From a virus: DNA of 64,000 nucleotides. Positions within the stretch are counted from its first letter, which is position 1; the number at the start of each line of letters is the position of its first letter. This document shows, piece after piece, positions 1-9,440 of the stretch. Below the pieces are notes generated by a model. It did no database searches, was not told the origin of the DNA, and saw only the letters and a program-made list of their open reading frames with translations. A program made the translations under genes and the position numbers. The stretch lies in UHGV virus genome UHGV-1367859, one strand, 5' to 3'.

Positions 1-168
1 TGCCAATCTTCTGATTGGCAGTCACAACCAGGAACTTCTCTTGCTCCAATCCAGGAAACAGCCTTCTAAACCTTGGGAAAGGAAATGGGATGCAATTATA
101 CTTCCCATCAAGAACTCTTTGTCTCCTGTTTCGGAGTCTTTGAATGTCATTTCTTAACTTTCCCATAG

Positions 169-765
169 TCAGATAGTTGTTGATGTCCAGTCATCTTTGA
201 GAACCTCTTCCTTTCCTGCATTCTCCAGATAGTTAAGCAAGTCTGAGGTATATTCTCTTTCACCTGCTATGTCTCTATCTTTGAAAATGAAGTACTTAAG
301 AGTTCTCATGAATTGATAGTTCCCATTGAAGCTCTCAACATACTTCTTTGCAGCATTTACAATTTGCTCATCAGTATAGCCTGTGCCATATTTCTTAAAG
401 AATGCTTTTAGCCTTTTCGCAATAAGAGCCTTACCCTCAGCCCAGTAGTTTGATGTACCATCCTTTCTCCCAGCAGGGAATACTTCTTTGAGTTTCTCTG
501 CCAAAGAGAGAATGTCAGCATCACTTTTTTCACTACTTTCAGAGTCAAGTACAACAGAATCAAGTAGCTCTTGCCCTTTCCTCGTCACTCTCCATCCATT
601 TTGTTGAAACAGGCTATCCCTTTCAGCAGTGATATAACCTTTCTGTATAAGGAGGTCTTGAGCTTTTTTAAGTTCAATTTTATTTTGATGCGCTAGCAGC
701 ATAAGCACTTCCCCTAGAGACACTTGGTTACTGAAACAACCTTCCTTACTTAAAACTATCCTCAT
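169..765 (-). CDS. hypothetical protein
   Basis: 198-aa intact ORF on the minus strand in the early block. No recognisable motif. Confidence 0.45.
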   Translation of the reverse strand: MRIVLSKEGCFSNQVSLGEVLMLLAHQNKIELKKAQDLLIQKGYITAERDSLFQQNGWRVTRKGQELLDSVVLDSESSEKSDADILSLAEKLKEVFPAGRKDGTSNYWAEGKALIAKRLKAFFKKYGTGYTDEQIVNAAKKYVESFNGNYQFMRTLKYFIFKDRDIAGEREYTSDLLNYLENAGKEEVLKDDWTSTTI

Positions 766-1937
766 AATTGTATTTCTTCAACAAAGTTAACAGTCTTGAC
801 AAGGTCTGGGTTATAGTCTTCAAGCATCTTCTCAACAAGTTCTTCTTCCCTCGTTCCTTTATAATAAGGAATGATAATGATAGGATGAGAGTGTCTTAAC
901 AATCTACCAGCTCTTTGTTTAATAATAGTTTCAGAGCTATTCAGGTTTGCATAGATACCAACTCTGCAATCAATAAGATTCATACCCTCATTAAGCATAT
1001 TACAGGCTGTGATATGATGAACTATTCCTTTGTTAAACAGTTCAAGAGCATCACTTGACTTTGAGTTCTGACTGTTGATGCAATATTCACCAAGTCTCTT
1101 TGTCTGTTCTATACTATTGCAGAATGTTAGTGTCCTTTGATAGCCACAATGCTGGAGTATTCTAAGTACAGTAGGTACTTTGCAGTCACTAAGGTACTTG
1201 AGCCTGTCTCCACAAAGTTTGAGCCACCTATTCTTACAGACAATATTTCCTCTCCTGTTCTTGAACCATTCTATCTGACCATTAAGGTCATCAAGGTACT
1301 GTACTTGAGTACAGAAAATGTGGACAGGATTGCTTTTCTGCCTTATATAAGACCATCTCTCAGCCCAAGAACTATAAATAACCCTACCTTTTGCTTTAGG
1401 GTTCTTTATAATTCTCTCATTGGGAAGTCTATTATCAAGAGAGAGAGGAAGTAGGTAGACTGTTGGGTCAGGAAGTACACCATTATCAATAGCTTCCCTT
1501 AGGGCAGTATTGTAATAGTAGAGGTCATCAAAGACCTCTTTAAGTTCTTCCCTCAAATCCTTCTTTACTGTAGCTGAAAGTAGCACAGTATAGTCTGTTG
1601 TAAAGTCACATAGTGCCTCTCTACACCTCTCTGAAAGGTGATGAGCTTCATCAAAGATGATAAAGTCCCAACTACCTTTGTGCTTGGGGAAAGATACATA
1701 TGTTGTGAAAGTAATATTGAGCTTACAATCAGCCCACCACTTTGCAAATTCTGCTGTCCAGCTTACCTTAAGAACATTCCTTGGTATTACTATAAGCAGG
1801 TTCTTATGCTTCCTCTTTGCAAAATGTTTTATCCTCTCTATAGCATTTCTGCTCTTTCCAAACCCAGTTGGTAAGGTCAGCAAGACATTCCTGTTGGGGA
1901 TAGTCTTTACCTCCTCCAAGACTTCTTCTCTTGTCAT
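762..1937 (-). CDS. superfamily-2 DEAD/DEAH-box helicase
   Basis: Walker A motif LPTGFGKS, a DEAH box (IIFDEAHH) and an SAT-like LLSAT motif in the translated ORF. Its start overlaps the end of the upstream ORF by about 130 nt, so the true start is uncertain. Confidence 0.65.
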   Translation of the reverse strand: MTREEVLEEVKTIPNRNVLLTLPTGFGKSRNAIERIKHFAKRKHKNLLIVIPRNVLKVSWTAEFAKWWADCKLNITFTTYVSFPKHKGSWDFIIFDEAHHLSERCREALCDFTTDYTVLLSATVKKDLREELKEVFDDLYYYNTALREAIDNGVLPDPTVYLLPLSLDNRLPNERIIKNPKAKGRVIYSSWAERWSYIRQKSNPVHIFCTQVQYLDDLNGQIEWFKNRRGNIVCKNRWLKLCGDRLKYLSDCKVPTVLRILQHCGYQRTLTFCNSIEQTKRLGEYCINSQNSKSSDALELFNKGIVHHITACNMLNEGMNLIDCRVGIYANLNSSETIIKQRAGRLLRHSHPIIIIPYYKGTREEELVEKMLEDYNPDLVKTVNFVEEIQL

Positions 1938-2418
1938 TACTGTTAACTATCTGTTTAAGTTTGTGAATGTACTTGGGGTCTTTTGCATACCCCATTTTCC
2001 GAAGGAAACTATAGTAGTCCTCCGGAGGTTTGTATCTCTTTTGTATCCACTCCTTGTATGCTATAACACTCTCTGTCCAGTGGTTGAATCTACAATATCT
2101 CTTAGCTTTGTTGTTATATAAGCCAAATAAATTATTATGTCTCAAGCATCCTACTGACTTAAAGTGACCTGTTTCAAGCAATGCTTGAGCATATACTATA
2201 TTAGGATGCTGAATATCATAATACTTGAGGGCATCTTTCAGTCCCTCTTTTGCAGATTTGTTCATGAACACTGGAACTGATGCTACAGTATCAGGAGGGG
2301 TAACATTATGATTAGGAGTAGTGGCTTTTCCTTCAAGTTGATATATGAAGAAAATACCAGCCAAGCATGTCCCTATCATCAATGCTACTTTGATGAAGTT
2401 TTTGATTCTATCTTTCAT
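1804..2418 (-). CDS. membrane-anchored peptidoglycan hydrolase (glucosaminidase-like)
   Basis: N-terminal hydrophobic helix. The segment AQALLETGHF...NLFGL...W resembles the mannosyl-glycoprotein endo-beta-N-acetylglucosaminidase / FlgJ-type motif. Confidence 0.4.
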   Translation of the reverse strand: MKDRIKNFIKVALMIGTCLAGIFFIYQLEGKATTPNHNVTPPDTVASVPVFMNKSAKEGLKDALKYYDIQHPNIVYAQALLETGHFKSVGCLRHNNLFGLYNNKAKRYCRFNHWTESVIAYKEWIQKRYKPPEDYYSFLRKMGYAKDPKYIHKLKQIVNSNDKRRSLGGGKDYPQQECLADLTNWVWKEQKCYREDKTFCKEEA

Positions 2419-2960
2419 CTTAGTTGTTTGATGTTTGATTCAACACTGTCATTGTAGTAGACATGGCCTGGTACATAGATGAGGTTCTCTGTAATCCTCT
2501 TACCTATTTCCTCAACAGCCCATTTTCTGTTCATAGGGCCACAGTGGTGTTCAACACTCTGTTTATCAAGGAAGTCAAAGTAGTAGCCTTCCTTGCTTTG
2601 ACATACATCCATATGTGTAACAACTAAGTTTGTAGAGATGTTGAACCTCTTCACATAGTTGTCTATATGGTGTCTGTCATAAGCTCTGTTAAGAAGGTCT
2701 ATCTCCAATATGCCTGTCTTGAAGTCTCCTTGGAACTCATTGGTCACATTGGATTCATACTTGTCTTCCATAGAATACCTTATAGGACTTCTTGGAATGT
2801 AACCATTACCATGCCTGGTAGTATAAGTTCTAGTGACTAGGTACAACTCTGCATCTTGAAGGATATTCTCTTGAATGCCATTAAGACCTACTTTTGAGGG
2901 AGTAACATTAGGATAGAATCCATTGTCCATTGTAGTCCATGAGATTGATATGATATACAT
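2415..2960 (-). CDS. hypothetical protein
   Basis: 181-aa ORF, translationally coupled to its neighbours by a 4-nt overlap. Confidence 0.4.
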   Translation of the reverse strand: MYIISISWTTMDNGFYPNVTPSKVGLNGIQENILQDAELYLVTRTYTTRHGNGYIPRSPIRYSMEDKYESNVTNEFQGDFKTGILEIDLLNRAYDRHHIDNYVKRFNISTNLVVTHMDVCQSKEGYYFDFLDKQSVEHHCGPMNRKWAVEEIGKRITENLIYVPGHVYYNDSVESNIKQLR

Positions 2961-3597
2961 CCCATGACTCCTGTACCCTATTGAGTAGCTGAGAAGCAGT
3001 CATAGAGTCCACCTCACTTGAGGTACCAAATAGAGTGTTGAACTCTGACTTGGTTATACTTCTGTGAACAGGCTCATCACCAATGGTGATAAGTACACCC
3101 TTCTTACCTCTCTTTTCAATGTGGTCTGCACTAACATGGTTAGCAGCAAACCACCAGGCAAGATTATAAGACTCTCCACCATTACCACCACCATGTCCTT
3201 CGAGCCATATGGTCTTGAGCCACCTGTCAAGAAGCTCATCTGAAGACTCAAACTGGCCTACTTGAATAGGTGCAAGGTCACTATATTGGTCTCCTATTCC
3301 TAAGAAACATACTTGTGGATGTGCAATCCCCTCATCCATGATTTTCTTCATGATTTCAGGGAAGTCACTTGTGATGAGTTTGTGAGGAATCATGCCCATA
3401 GAACCAGTGACATCAAGTGCAATGATAATGGGAAGAGTCTCAGGATGTTCCTCACTATCCTTACACTCTCTTACCTTGTTCTTTATGTCCATGTCAGGAC
3501 TCATGCTCCTCTGCTGGAACACCTCTTCTCTTGACATATGAGAGTTGCTTAGTTTCCTAGCATTATCTCTTATGTATGAATAACATCCACCTCCCAT
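2908..3597 (-). CDS. von Willebrand factor A (vWA) domain protein
   Basis: IIALDVTGSMG is a DxSGS MIDAS-like motif, followed by a Gly-rich region. Confidence 0.5.
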   Translation of the reverse strand: MGGGCYSYIRDNARKLSNSHMSREEVFQQRSMSPDMDIKNKVRECKDSEEHPETLPIIIALDVTGSMGMIPHKLITSDFPEIMKKIMDEGIAHPQVCFLGIGDQYSDLAPIQVGQFESSDELLDRWLKTIWLEGHGGGNGGESYNLAWWFAANHVSADHIEKRGKKGVLITIGDEPVHRSITKSEFNTLFGTSSEVDSMTASQLLNRVQESWDVYHINLMDYNGQWILS

Positions 3598-4001
3598 TAC
3601 TCTTCAACTTTGAATTGATAGTTAGGAAGGACTTTGAGGATGGCACTCTTATCAGTGATAGGACCAAAGAGATATTCATACCTCTCAATTACAATCTCAA
3701 GCTTGATAATAGCATCCCTCTTGTTGAGACCTATCTCTACATCCTTTGCAAGGAAGTCAGCAGGTTTGAAGTCAGAGGGTACTACATTGCCATTGAAGGC
3801 ACTTGAGGGACTGAGGTCAAGGATGAGGTTTTCCCTATCCCTGTCATAGTTCCTTATCTGATGACACAGGTCTTCAATCTGTCTCTTGTAGATAATCTCT
3901 ACATCTTCTGCTACACTCTCAGCTCTTGACTCTTTGAGCTGCTTGAATGTTCTCATGAGGTCTGTCTTGAAGACACCATGTTTGTTTTCCATTTCTGCCA
4001 T
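3597..4001 (-). CDS. hypothetical protein
   Basis: 134-aa ORF. Confidence 0.4.
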   Translation of the reverse strand: MAEMENKHGVFKTDLMRTFKQLKESRAESVAEDVEIIYKRQIEDLCHQIRNYDRDRENLILDLSPSSAFNGNVVPSDFKPADFLAKDVEIGLNKRDAIIKLEIVIERYEYLFGPITDKSAILKVLPNYQFKVEE

Positions 4002-4003
4002 AG

Positions 4004-4345
4004 TTATATTTCTTTGTTTAGAATGTTTATAAGTTTCTTCATTAGCTTACTATGTAACCTCCAGTAGGTGTTATCACCACAGTCATTGTCAGTATCTCTT
4101 CCTGCCTTAAGTCCCCATACTATCCAAAAGATGGGGAAAGTTATAAGACTGACCCATCCTATATTACCAAGAGCTAAGAGGATAACCCACCAAAGTCTTA
4201 CTTTGACAGGTTTCTCCTCTTTACTTCTTTCCCATCTCTTACAACCCCAACCATCTTCTACTTTTTCAAGCCAAAAATAAGTGGTGTTCTTGAGGATGGT
4301 AAGCTCTATGATAAATAGTATAATACCTATTACTATCCAGGTCAT
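4004..4345 (-). CDS. small membrane protein
   Basis: 113 aa with three predicted hydrophobic helices. Confidence 0.35.
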   Translation of the reverse strand: MTWIVIGIILFIIELTILKNTTYFWLEKVEDGWGCKRWERSKEEKPVKVRLWWVILLALGNIGWVSLITFPIFWIVWGLKAGRDTDNDCGDNTYWRLHSKLMKKLINILNKEI

Positions 4346-5133
4346 TTTGTAATATCCTTAAATAGTGTAGGTACCTGACCATACTGAGGGAGTTTTCCAT
4401 CCCACTTCTCAATCCACATCTTCTCAAGAATCTGAGGAGTGAGAGCCTGCTGTTTCAGCCTATTGGCTTCAGCTTCTGCCTGTGCAGCCACAAGTAAGCT
4501 CTTTGCATTTGCCTCAGCTACAGCTACTTCATTCTGAGCTTTCTGAGCCTCTTGAATTGCCTTATTCTTAGCATTTACAGCCTCTACAATAACAGCAGGG
4601 TACTTGAGACCTGAGGTAAGCTGTTCAAGCTGAAAATTCTCTCTGAGCAAGTCAGCAGCAAGATACCTTTCAATGGCTGATTCAATGGAATCCCTGTTAC
4701 TTACAATGTAGTCAGTAGTGAAGTTGTTGAGCTGGATTCTGAAGGCATTCTTTACATAGTTGTAGAGAGTTCCATTGATTACATCCTTCAGTTCTTTCCT
4801 GTACTTCTTAAATACAAGAGGGGACTTACCATCTACAATCTTAAGAGAGATAGTAGGGTCAACTGTGAACTCTGAACCATCCTTTGCATTGATAGTGAAA
4901 GGCTCATAGTCTACTGTCTGCACAAAGGTAGGATACTCATACACACTCTGTGTGAAAGGATTATACCATACCATGCCAGTACACATAGATACATCACCTA
5001 CACCCTTGTCACCACCATAGAGGTTTACAAGGATACCTTCATGTCCTGCATCTACTTTTTCACAGGAACTCATGCCAACCATAGCCATTACAGCTACAAG
5101 CAGCATCAGAATTTTACTTTTCATTGCTTTCAT
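4342..5133 (-). CDS. SPFH/band-7-like lipoprotein
   Basis: Signal peptide with a lipobox (VGMSSC). The C-terminal AEAEANRLKQQ coiled segment is typical of prohibitin/HflC-type proteins. Confidence 0.45.
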   Translation of the reverse strand: MKAMKSKILMLLVAVMAMVGMSSCEKVDAGHEGILVNLYGGDKGVGDVSMCTGMVWYNPFTQSVYEYPTFVQTVDYEPFTINAKDGSEFTVDPTISLKIVDGKSPLVFKKYRKELKDVINGTLYNYVKNAFRIQLNNFTTDYIVSNRDSIESAIERYLAADLLRENFQLEQLTSGLKYPAVIVEAVNAKNKAIQEAQKAQNEVAVAEANAKSLLVAAQAEAEANRLKQQALTPQILEKMWIEKWDGKLPQYGQVPTLFKDITK

Positions 5134-5320
5134 TTTGCTTTTTGTTTATTTTAATTGATGTGAAACACTTAGTCTGTATAGACAATACTATGAATAGTAC
5201 TCCTACAATAAAGCCAATTACATTGACTATATTGCTAGAGTATGTGAGCATATAGCCCACTTCTGTCAGTGCAATCATAAGCACTACTACCCAAATTGAT
5301 AATGCTATGAAATTCTTCAT
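5114..5320 (-). CDS. small membrane protein
   Basis: 68 aa with two hydrophobic helices. Confidence 0.3.
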   Translation of the reverse strand: MKNFIALSIWVVVLMIALTEVGYMLTYSSNIVNVIGFIVGVLFIVLSIQTKCFTSIKINKKQNESNEK

Positions 5321-5811
5321 TTTATTATTAAGTTATAGTATCCTTCAGTATGAGTATTATAGTTATATATGAAGTGCCAAGAACCAAAGTGAATTTTTTC
5401 TCTGTAGTGAAGTTTTTCATCTATGACTTTGCTCATACATATCATACTACCATACCCAACTATGTTCGCTTCTTTGGAAGCAAGGTAGAAAGGAAGAGGG
5501 GATATGAATACACTTTTAAGTTTTACTTGGGTGTAGCCTTCTCTAACATAGAATCTTCCAAGGAATACAGGTTGTCTCCAGTTAGATGCCTTCTTACACA
5601 GCTTGATTATCTCGCTCTGTGAGGGCATATTTTTCTCATTGGTAACTCTATAAAGTGGATTTAGAGTAGGCTGTATATACCTTCTTCTCTTCTTATAGTT
5701 AAGGATTCCATTTGTAATATAGAACCCACCCCCACCTTGAGATGTTTTCTTTCTTTTGTATACTCCTATAAAACTCTCTTTTAAGGTTATACCTACGCAC
5801 AGATTTACCAC
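5317..5811 (-). CDS. hypothetical protein
   Basis: 164-aa ORF. Overlaps the next ORF in a different frame. Confidence 0.3.
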   Translation of the reverse strand: MVNLCVGITLKESFIGVYKRKKTSQGGGGFYITNGILNYKKRRRYIQPTLNPLYRVTNEKNMPSQSEIIKLCKKASNWRQPVFLGRFYVREGYTQVKLKSVFISPLPFYLASKEANIVGYGSMICMSKVIDEKLHYREKIHFGSWHFIYNYNTHTEGYYNLIIK

Positions 5812-6040
5812 ACCTCTTTAAGAACTCAGAGTAAACCTTGTCTATTGGCTTGCCTACATTTGCTAGTAGGAATTTCTCTAAGTATTCAGCGACATGTACA
5901 ATTCCTATCCCTCCATATAACCCTCTCATACGCATGTGAGAACCCTCGAAATTCTTGAACTTCTTTGTTCCTCTTACGAACTTAGGAAATCCTCTACTTC
6001 TCTTGCCATTTCCACACCTTCTAACTTTGAATGTTATCAT
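5699..6040 (-). CDS. hypothetical basic protein
   Basis: 113-aa Lys/Arg-rich ORF. Confidence 0.3.
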   Translation of the reverse strand: MITFKVRRCGNGKRSRGFPKFVRGTKKFKNFEGSHMRMRGLYGGIGIVHVAEYLEKFLLANVGKPIDKVYSEFLKRCGKSVRRYNLKREFYRSIQKKENISRWGWVLYYKWNP

Positions 6041-6264
6041 ATCTCAAACAGGTATTTATATACTCTTCCTTTGTAACATGGACCATCCCAAGCATTGTAC
6101 CACAGATAGACCCTATAGTGGGAGATAAGCACTACCACTTCAATCTTTGGTTCATAATGTCTGAACATGGGCCATATAGTACAAAAGAGAAGTACTGTAA
6201 TTAGTATCATTATATCCATGTTGTTGAACTTTGCAAAAAAAAAGAGGTAAGGGAGTGAATACAC
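6037..6264 (-). CDS. small membrane protein
   Basis: 75-aa hydrophobic ORF. Confidence 0.25.
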   Translation of the reverse strand: MYSLPYLFFFAKFNNMDIMILITVLLFCTIWPMFRHYEPKIEVVVLISHYRVYLWYNAWDGPCYKGRVYKYLFEI

Positions 6265-6307
6265 TCTCTCACCTCTTCTTGTACTTAAAGTACTTTTTTT
6301 TTGCTAC

Positions 6308-6694
6308 TCAGTCATCCAAGACCTCATAGCTGAAGGAAGTTGCACCGAAGTTCTCTGCTATGAGACTGAGGTGATATTCAAGTCTTTGAGCAGTTGTCAT
6401 ATTCCCCCATACTTTGAGCATTCTTGCTGAGGGGATTTCCCTTCCATCAGTCATGTAGCTATATGCCTCCTTGCTGATGGAGATGCACTGCTTTGCGGGC
6501 TTTGACTTCCTTGTATTGATGTGAAGGGTTTCTTTTTCTGTTACCAGTTTCTTTCCCTTCTTTACCTGATGTTCCACTACTATTGTAGTGTGGTCAAAGG
6601 CATCTTTTTTTTTGGACATTTTTTCGCAGTCCTGCGAGCTTAGCATGGTAGCACCTGGTACTTCCATGCTAAGTCTTACTTTGATTTCACTCAT
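6308..6694 (-). CDS. hypothetical protein
   Basis: 128-aa ORF. Confidence 0.4.
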   Translation of the reverse strand: MSEIKVRLSMEVPGATMLSSQDCEKMSKKKDAFDHTTIVVEHQVKKGKKLVTEKETLHINTRKSKPAKQCISISKEAYSYMTDGREIPSARMLKVWGNMTTAQRLEYHLSLIAENFGATSFSYEVLDD

Positions 6695-6870
6695 TCTTCT
6701 GAGGTTGTATCTTCTTTGTCTTTCTCGGCTTCCAGCTTAGCTTTCAACTCTTTCAGAGCTGTCATTCTGAGCAAAGTGTTCTTGTGTAAAGTTTATTTTT
6801 GCCATTGTTTACTTTATTAGCCAGTTGAAGTATAATTTGTCAAGCCATACTCTAAGTAGGATTGAGAGAA

Positions 6871-7251
6871 TTATGACAATGACTGCAACAAATGCAGCTT
6901 GTTAGGAAGATAGAACCTTACCCAGCTATAGTAGATGTCTCCCTTGGTGAGTTTAGGCTCCCAACCTCCATTAAGAGCCTTGCGGATGATGTCCAGTTTG
7001 TAGATGGCTATAAGGTGCTTGCCAAGTCCACACTCTGCCTCTTCTATTCTCTCTATGTCATAGTTTACATTGCCTTCACTAAGACCAAGAGCCTTGCAAG
7101 CATCCTCAAAGGTCTTGATGTCAGTGTAGTGTACTTCCTTGAGTTCATTCTCTGTGAAGGCTTGCAATGCTACCTCTCTGAGAGCATCATTGCCACTGTT
7201 ATAGAACTCTTTAGCCTTGTCAAGAGTCAGTGTTACATTTCTTGTTTCCAT
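6871..7251 (-). CDS. hypothetical protein
   Basis: 126-aa ORF. Confidence 0.4.
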   Translation of the reverse strand: METRNVTLTLDKAKEFYNSGNDALREVALQAFTENELKEVHYTDIKTFEDACKALGLSEGNVNYDIERIEEAECGLGKHLIAIYKLDIIRKALNGGWEPKLTKGDIYYSWVRFYLPNKLHLLQSLS

Positions 7252-7260
7252 TGTTTCTAT

Positions 7261-7581
7261 TTAGAATCTGAGTAATCTTTTAATTCTGTTCCATAAACCA
7301 TTTGTGTTGTGATTAGGAGTGATATGCACTCCTTCTCTGTTGATGGTCCTGTTTCTCATGTTGCTCTCTGTACCTACCATGGTAAAGAGGCACCCTACAT
7401 ACTTGCTATGGTTGGGATTAGATAGTATATTATACCATCTCCATGAAATACTTGATACAGCTCTGTTGAGCTGCTGTGAAACTTCCCTGAAAGCTTGAGC
7501 TTTGTTGTGAGGATTTGCTTTTACAGCTTGGACTAAGACTTGGTCTTCCTCAGCAGTCCATCTTTTTTTTTGTTCTACCAT
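7261..7581 (-). CDS. Myb/SANT-like DNA-binding protein
   Basis: RWTAEEDQVL...W...W spacing resembles a Myb-like helix-turn-helix. Confidence 0.4.
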   Translation of the reverse strand: MVEQKKRWTAEEDQVLVQAVKANPHNKAQAFREVSQQLNRAVSSISWRWYNILSNPNHSKYVGCLFTMVGTESNMRNRTINREGVHITPNHNTNGLWNRIKRLLRF

Positions 7582-7608
7582 TTTGTTTACTTGTAATTTG
7601 TTCAGTTG

Positions 7609-7690
7609 TGGAGCATGAGGGAGTCGAACCCTCGTCTTACAAACTTCACATAAGAGAATTGTACATGCTTTTCAATTTGGAGTGTTTTCT
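7609..7690 (-). other. tRNA-like 3' fragment (T-arm plus acceptor 3' strand, no 5' partner found)
   Basis: The minus strand reads ...gaggg-ttcgact-ccctc-atgctcc-a, a canonical T-arm and acceptor 3' strand. No complementary 5' acceptor strand or canonical anticodon arm could be found nearby. Confidence 0.3.
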
Positions 7691-8196
7691 TCACAGGGTT
7701 GACTAGTTGTCTTTCCACCACTCTGTTTTATTGTCCATAAACAGAGAAAAAGTTGGCTTACCTTCTCCGTGCATATCAGAGCTAATTAAGCACTAGGACC
7801 TCGGACTGCCAGTCTTAGTTTCCTTTCAGACTTTTGCACCTTTCTGTTTCCAAGCAAGTGCTGCTCAGAGTCAAGCTTATGCAGCCATTCTCACAGGAGT
7901 TTCATCAACTTCTGCATCTAAGTTTACTTGCTATTTATAGAGTATGCCCTCTTGCATGTTCTCTTACCTAATAATTTGCAATCAAATACCAGATATGCCC
8001 CAAATGTTGCTTCTTCAAAAAGAAAATCTTAAACAAAACTCCGAAGCAAGTTTTGTATTTAGCCTTATTCTTTACTAACCTTTTGTTTCTCTCCCTTGTA
8101 GTCTTCAATAAAGCGAACTTATCTTTTAGGAGCCTACATTAGAGTATGCAGGATACTGCCTTTTAGAGTCGAGGTCATGACTGTCTAATAAATCAT

Positions 8197-8245
8197 TGGT
8201 GATTCCAGTGAGACTCGAACTCACAACCTACAGATTTATCTGTGA
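8197..8245 (-). tRNA. 3' half of a split Arg-like tRNA gene, with encoded CCA
   Basis: Minus strand: tctgt-aggtt-gtgag-ttcgagt-ctcac-tggaatc-a-cca. The acceptor 3' strand and the anticodon-stem 3' strand pair perfectly with the 5' half at 8800-8838. The stop codon of the HNH ORF lies inside the former anticodon loop. Confidence 0.45.
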
Positions 8246-8652
8246 TGATTATGATGATAAATTCTATCACTATTCTTATTCTTGCTTTTGTATGTGTCTA
8301 ACTGTGAGTCACAATTAGGGCAAACAAGTCTAAGATTAGTTCTAATATTGTTGTTAGCATGACCATCAATGTGGTCAAGTATAAATACTAATGGTTTATT
8401 ATTCCAAGTATCAACACATCCACAAATAGAACATTTATGTTCTTGTTCTTTTAGGATATGTTTCTTTACCCAAAACATATTACTCTGTCCTTCATACTCT
8501 TCGGGATGTTGTAAATATCTTTGGTATTTTTGCTTGGATTGGTATTCCATCTGGCATTTATTTGAACAATACTTTCCAGACATATTATATGCTGGATAAA
8601 ATTCATCACCACAATTTACGCAGATACAATTACTTCTTCTCTTTGGATTCAT
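8236..8652 (-). CDS. HNH homing endonuclease
   Basis: A Cys-rich zinc-binding pair (CICVNCG, CSNKC) and HNH-type motifs (LDHIDGHANNN ... LVCPNC). It is paralogous to the ORF at 15485-15961 and sits between the two halves of a tRNA gene. Confidence 0.75.
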   Translation of the reverse strand: MNPKRRSNCICVNCGDEFYPAYNMSGKYCSNKCQMEYQSKQKYQRYLQHPEEYEGQSNMFWVKKHILKEQEHKCSICGCVDTWNNKPLVFILDHIDGHANNNIRTNLRLVCPNCDSQLDTYKSKNKNSDRIYHHNHHR

Positions 8653-8672
8653 AATATATAAATTTATTTTAG

Positions 8673-8745
8673 TCTCCCCTCCCAGACTCGAACTGGGGTT
8701 TATGGTTTAGAAGACCATTGTTACTATCCGCTGAACTAAGGGGAG
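8673..8745 (-). tRNA. tRNA-Arg (anticodon UCU)
   Basis: Manual cloverleaf: acceptor ctcccct/aggggag, anticodon stem atggt/accat, loop cttctaa, T-arm cccag-ttcgagt-ctggg. It lies within the insertion that splits the neighbouring tRNA. Confidence 0.7.
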
Positions 8746-8750
8746 TTATG

Positions 8751-8790
8751 CAAAGTTAGTAATAAATTTCTATACTATGAAATCCTTAGA
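8751..8790 (-). promoter_or_regulatory. Bacteroidetes-type sigma-A promoter (-7 motif TAnnTTTG), minus strand
   Basis: The minus strand reads tactaactttgcataac immediately upstream of the tRNA-Arg(UCU) gene. Confidence 0.4.
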
Positions 8791-8799
8791 GTTAAAGTA

Positions 8800-8838
8800 T
8801 CTTAAGTCTGTTGCTCTATCCATTTGAGCTATGGAACC
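8800..8838 (-). tRNA. 5' half of a split Arg-like tRNA gene
   Basis: Minus strand: ggttcca-ta-gctc-aaatggata-gagc-a-acaga-ctt... The D-arm is nearly identical to that of tRNA-Arg(CCU) at 9009-9082. The structure stops in the anticodon loop. Confidence 0.45.
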
Positions 8839-9008
8839 ATTTGCATCACTTCTTTACGTATATTGCTAATGCTACTAGATATATGGCATCAAGTGTCATA
8901 CCTATCAAATAGAATAGGCTGGCTACAGTAATTGCTATGCACTGAAAAATCAGTATTGCTTTCTCCATTGTTTCTGTTTTCATTTTCCTTCTTACTTTAA
9001 TTGTTTAG

Positions 9009-9082
9009 TACCCCCAGAAGGACTCGAACCTTCCACCTACAGTTTAGGAAACTGTTGCTCTATCCTGATGAGCTATGAGGGC
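9009..9082 (-). tRNA. tRNA-Arg (anticodon CCU)
   Basis: Acceptor gccctca/tgggggt, D-stem gctc/gagc, anticodon stem acagt/actgt, loop ttcctaa, T-arm gaagg-ttcgagt-ccttc. Confidence 0.75.
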
Positions 9083-9172
9083 AAGTAAAAACTCCACATT
9101 ATCTTCACAGACTATGTGAAGTGTTGCGACGTCATCCTAAAATAATCATCTTTTTACCTTAAAAAACACAAA

Positions 9173-9403
9173 TCACAATTCATCATCAGGCATTCCTCCG
9201 AAGAGTTTATTTCCTGAGAGTATATCAAATTCTTCCTCTGTGATAGTCTTGTAGCATACATATATGAGTAATGCTACAATACCTGTTGCAGGAAAGAAAT
9301 AACCTTGGTCATAGATGCTGTCTACTCCACATATAGAGAACATAGCCATTACCATGGTAGTGTAGAGTAGGAGTCCTTTAAGGACAAGTTTCATTGTCTT
9401 CAT
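9173..9403 (-). CDS. small membrane protein
   Basis: 76 aa with two hydrophobic helices. Confidence 0.3.
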   Translation of the reverse strand: MKTMKLVLKGLLLYTTMVMAMFSICGVDSIYDQGYFFPATGIVALLIYVCYKTITEEEFDILSGNKLFGGMPDDEL

Positions 9404-9440
9404 ATGTCTCTTTCTGGTTTTTCTGTTGTGAGTGCGCCAC

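Noticed and set aside
7609-7690. A tmRNA (ssrA-like) tRNA-like domain.
   Set aside because: No complementary 5' acceptor strand (ggagcat) and no CCA were found within about 600 bp. It is left as an unassigned tRNA-like fragment.
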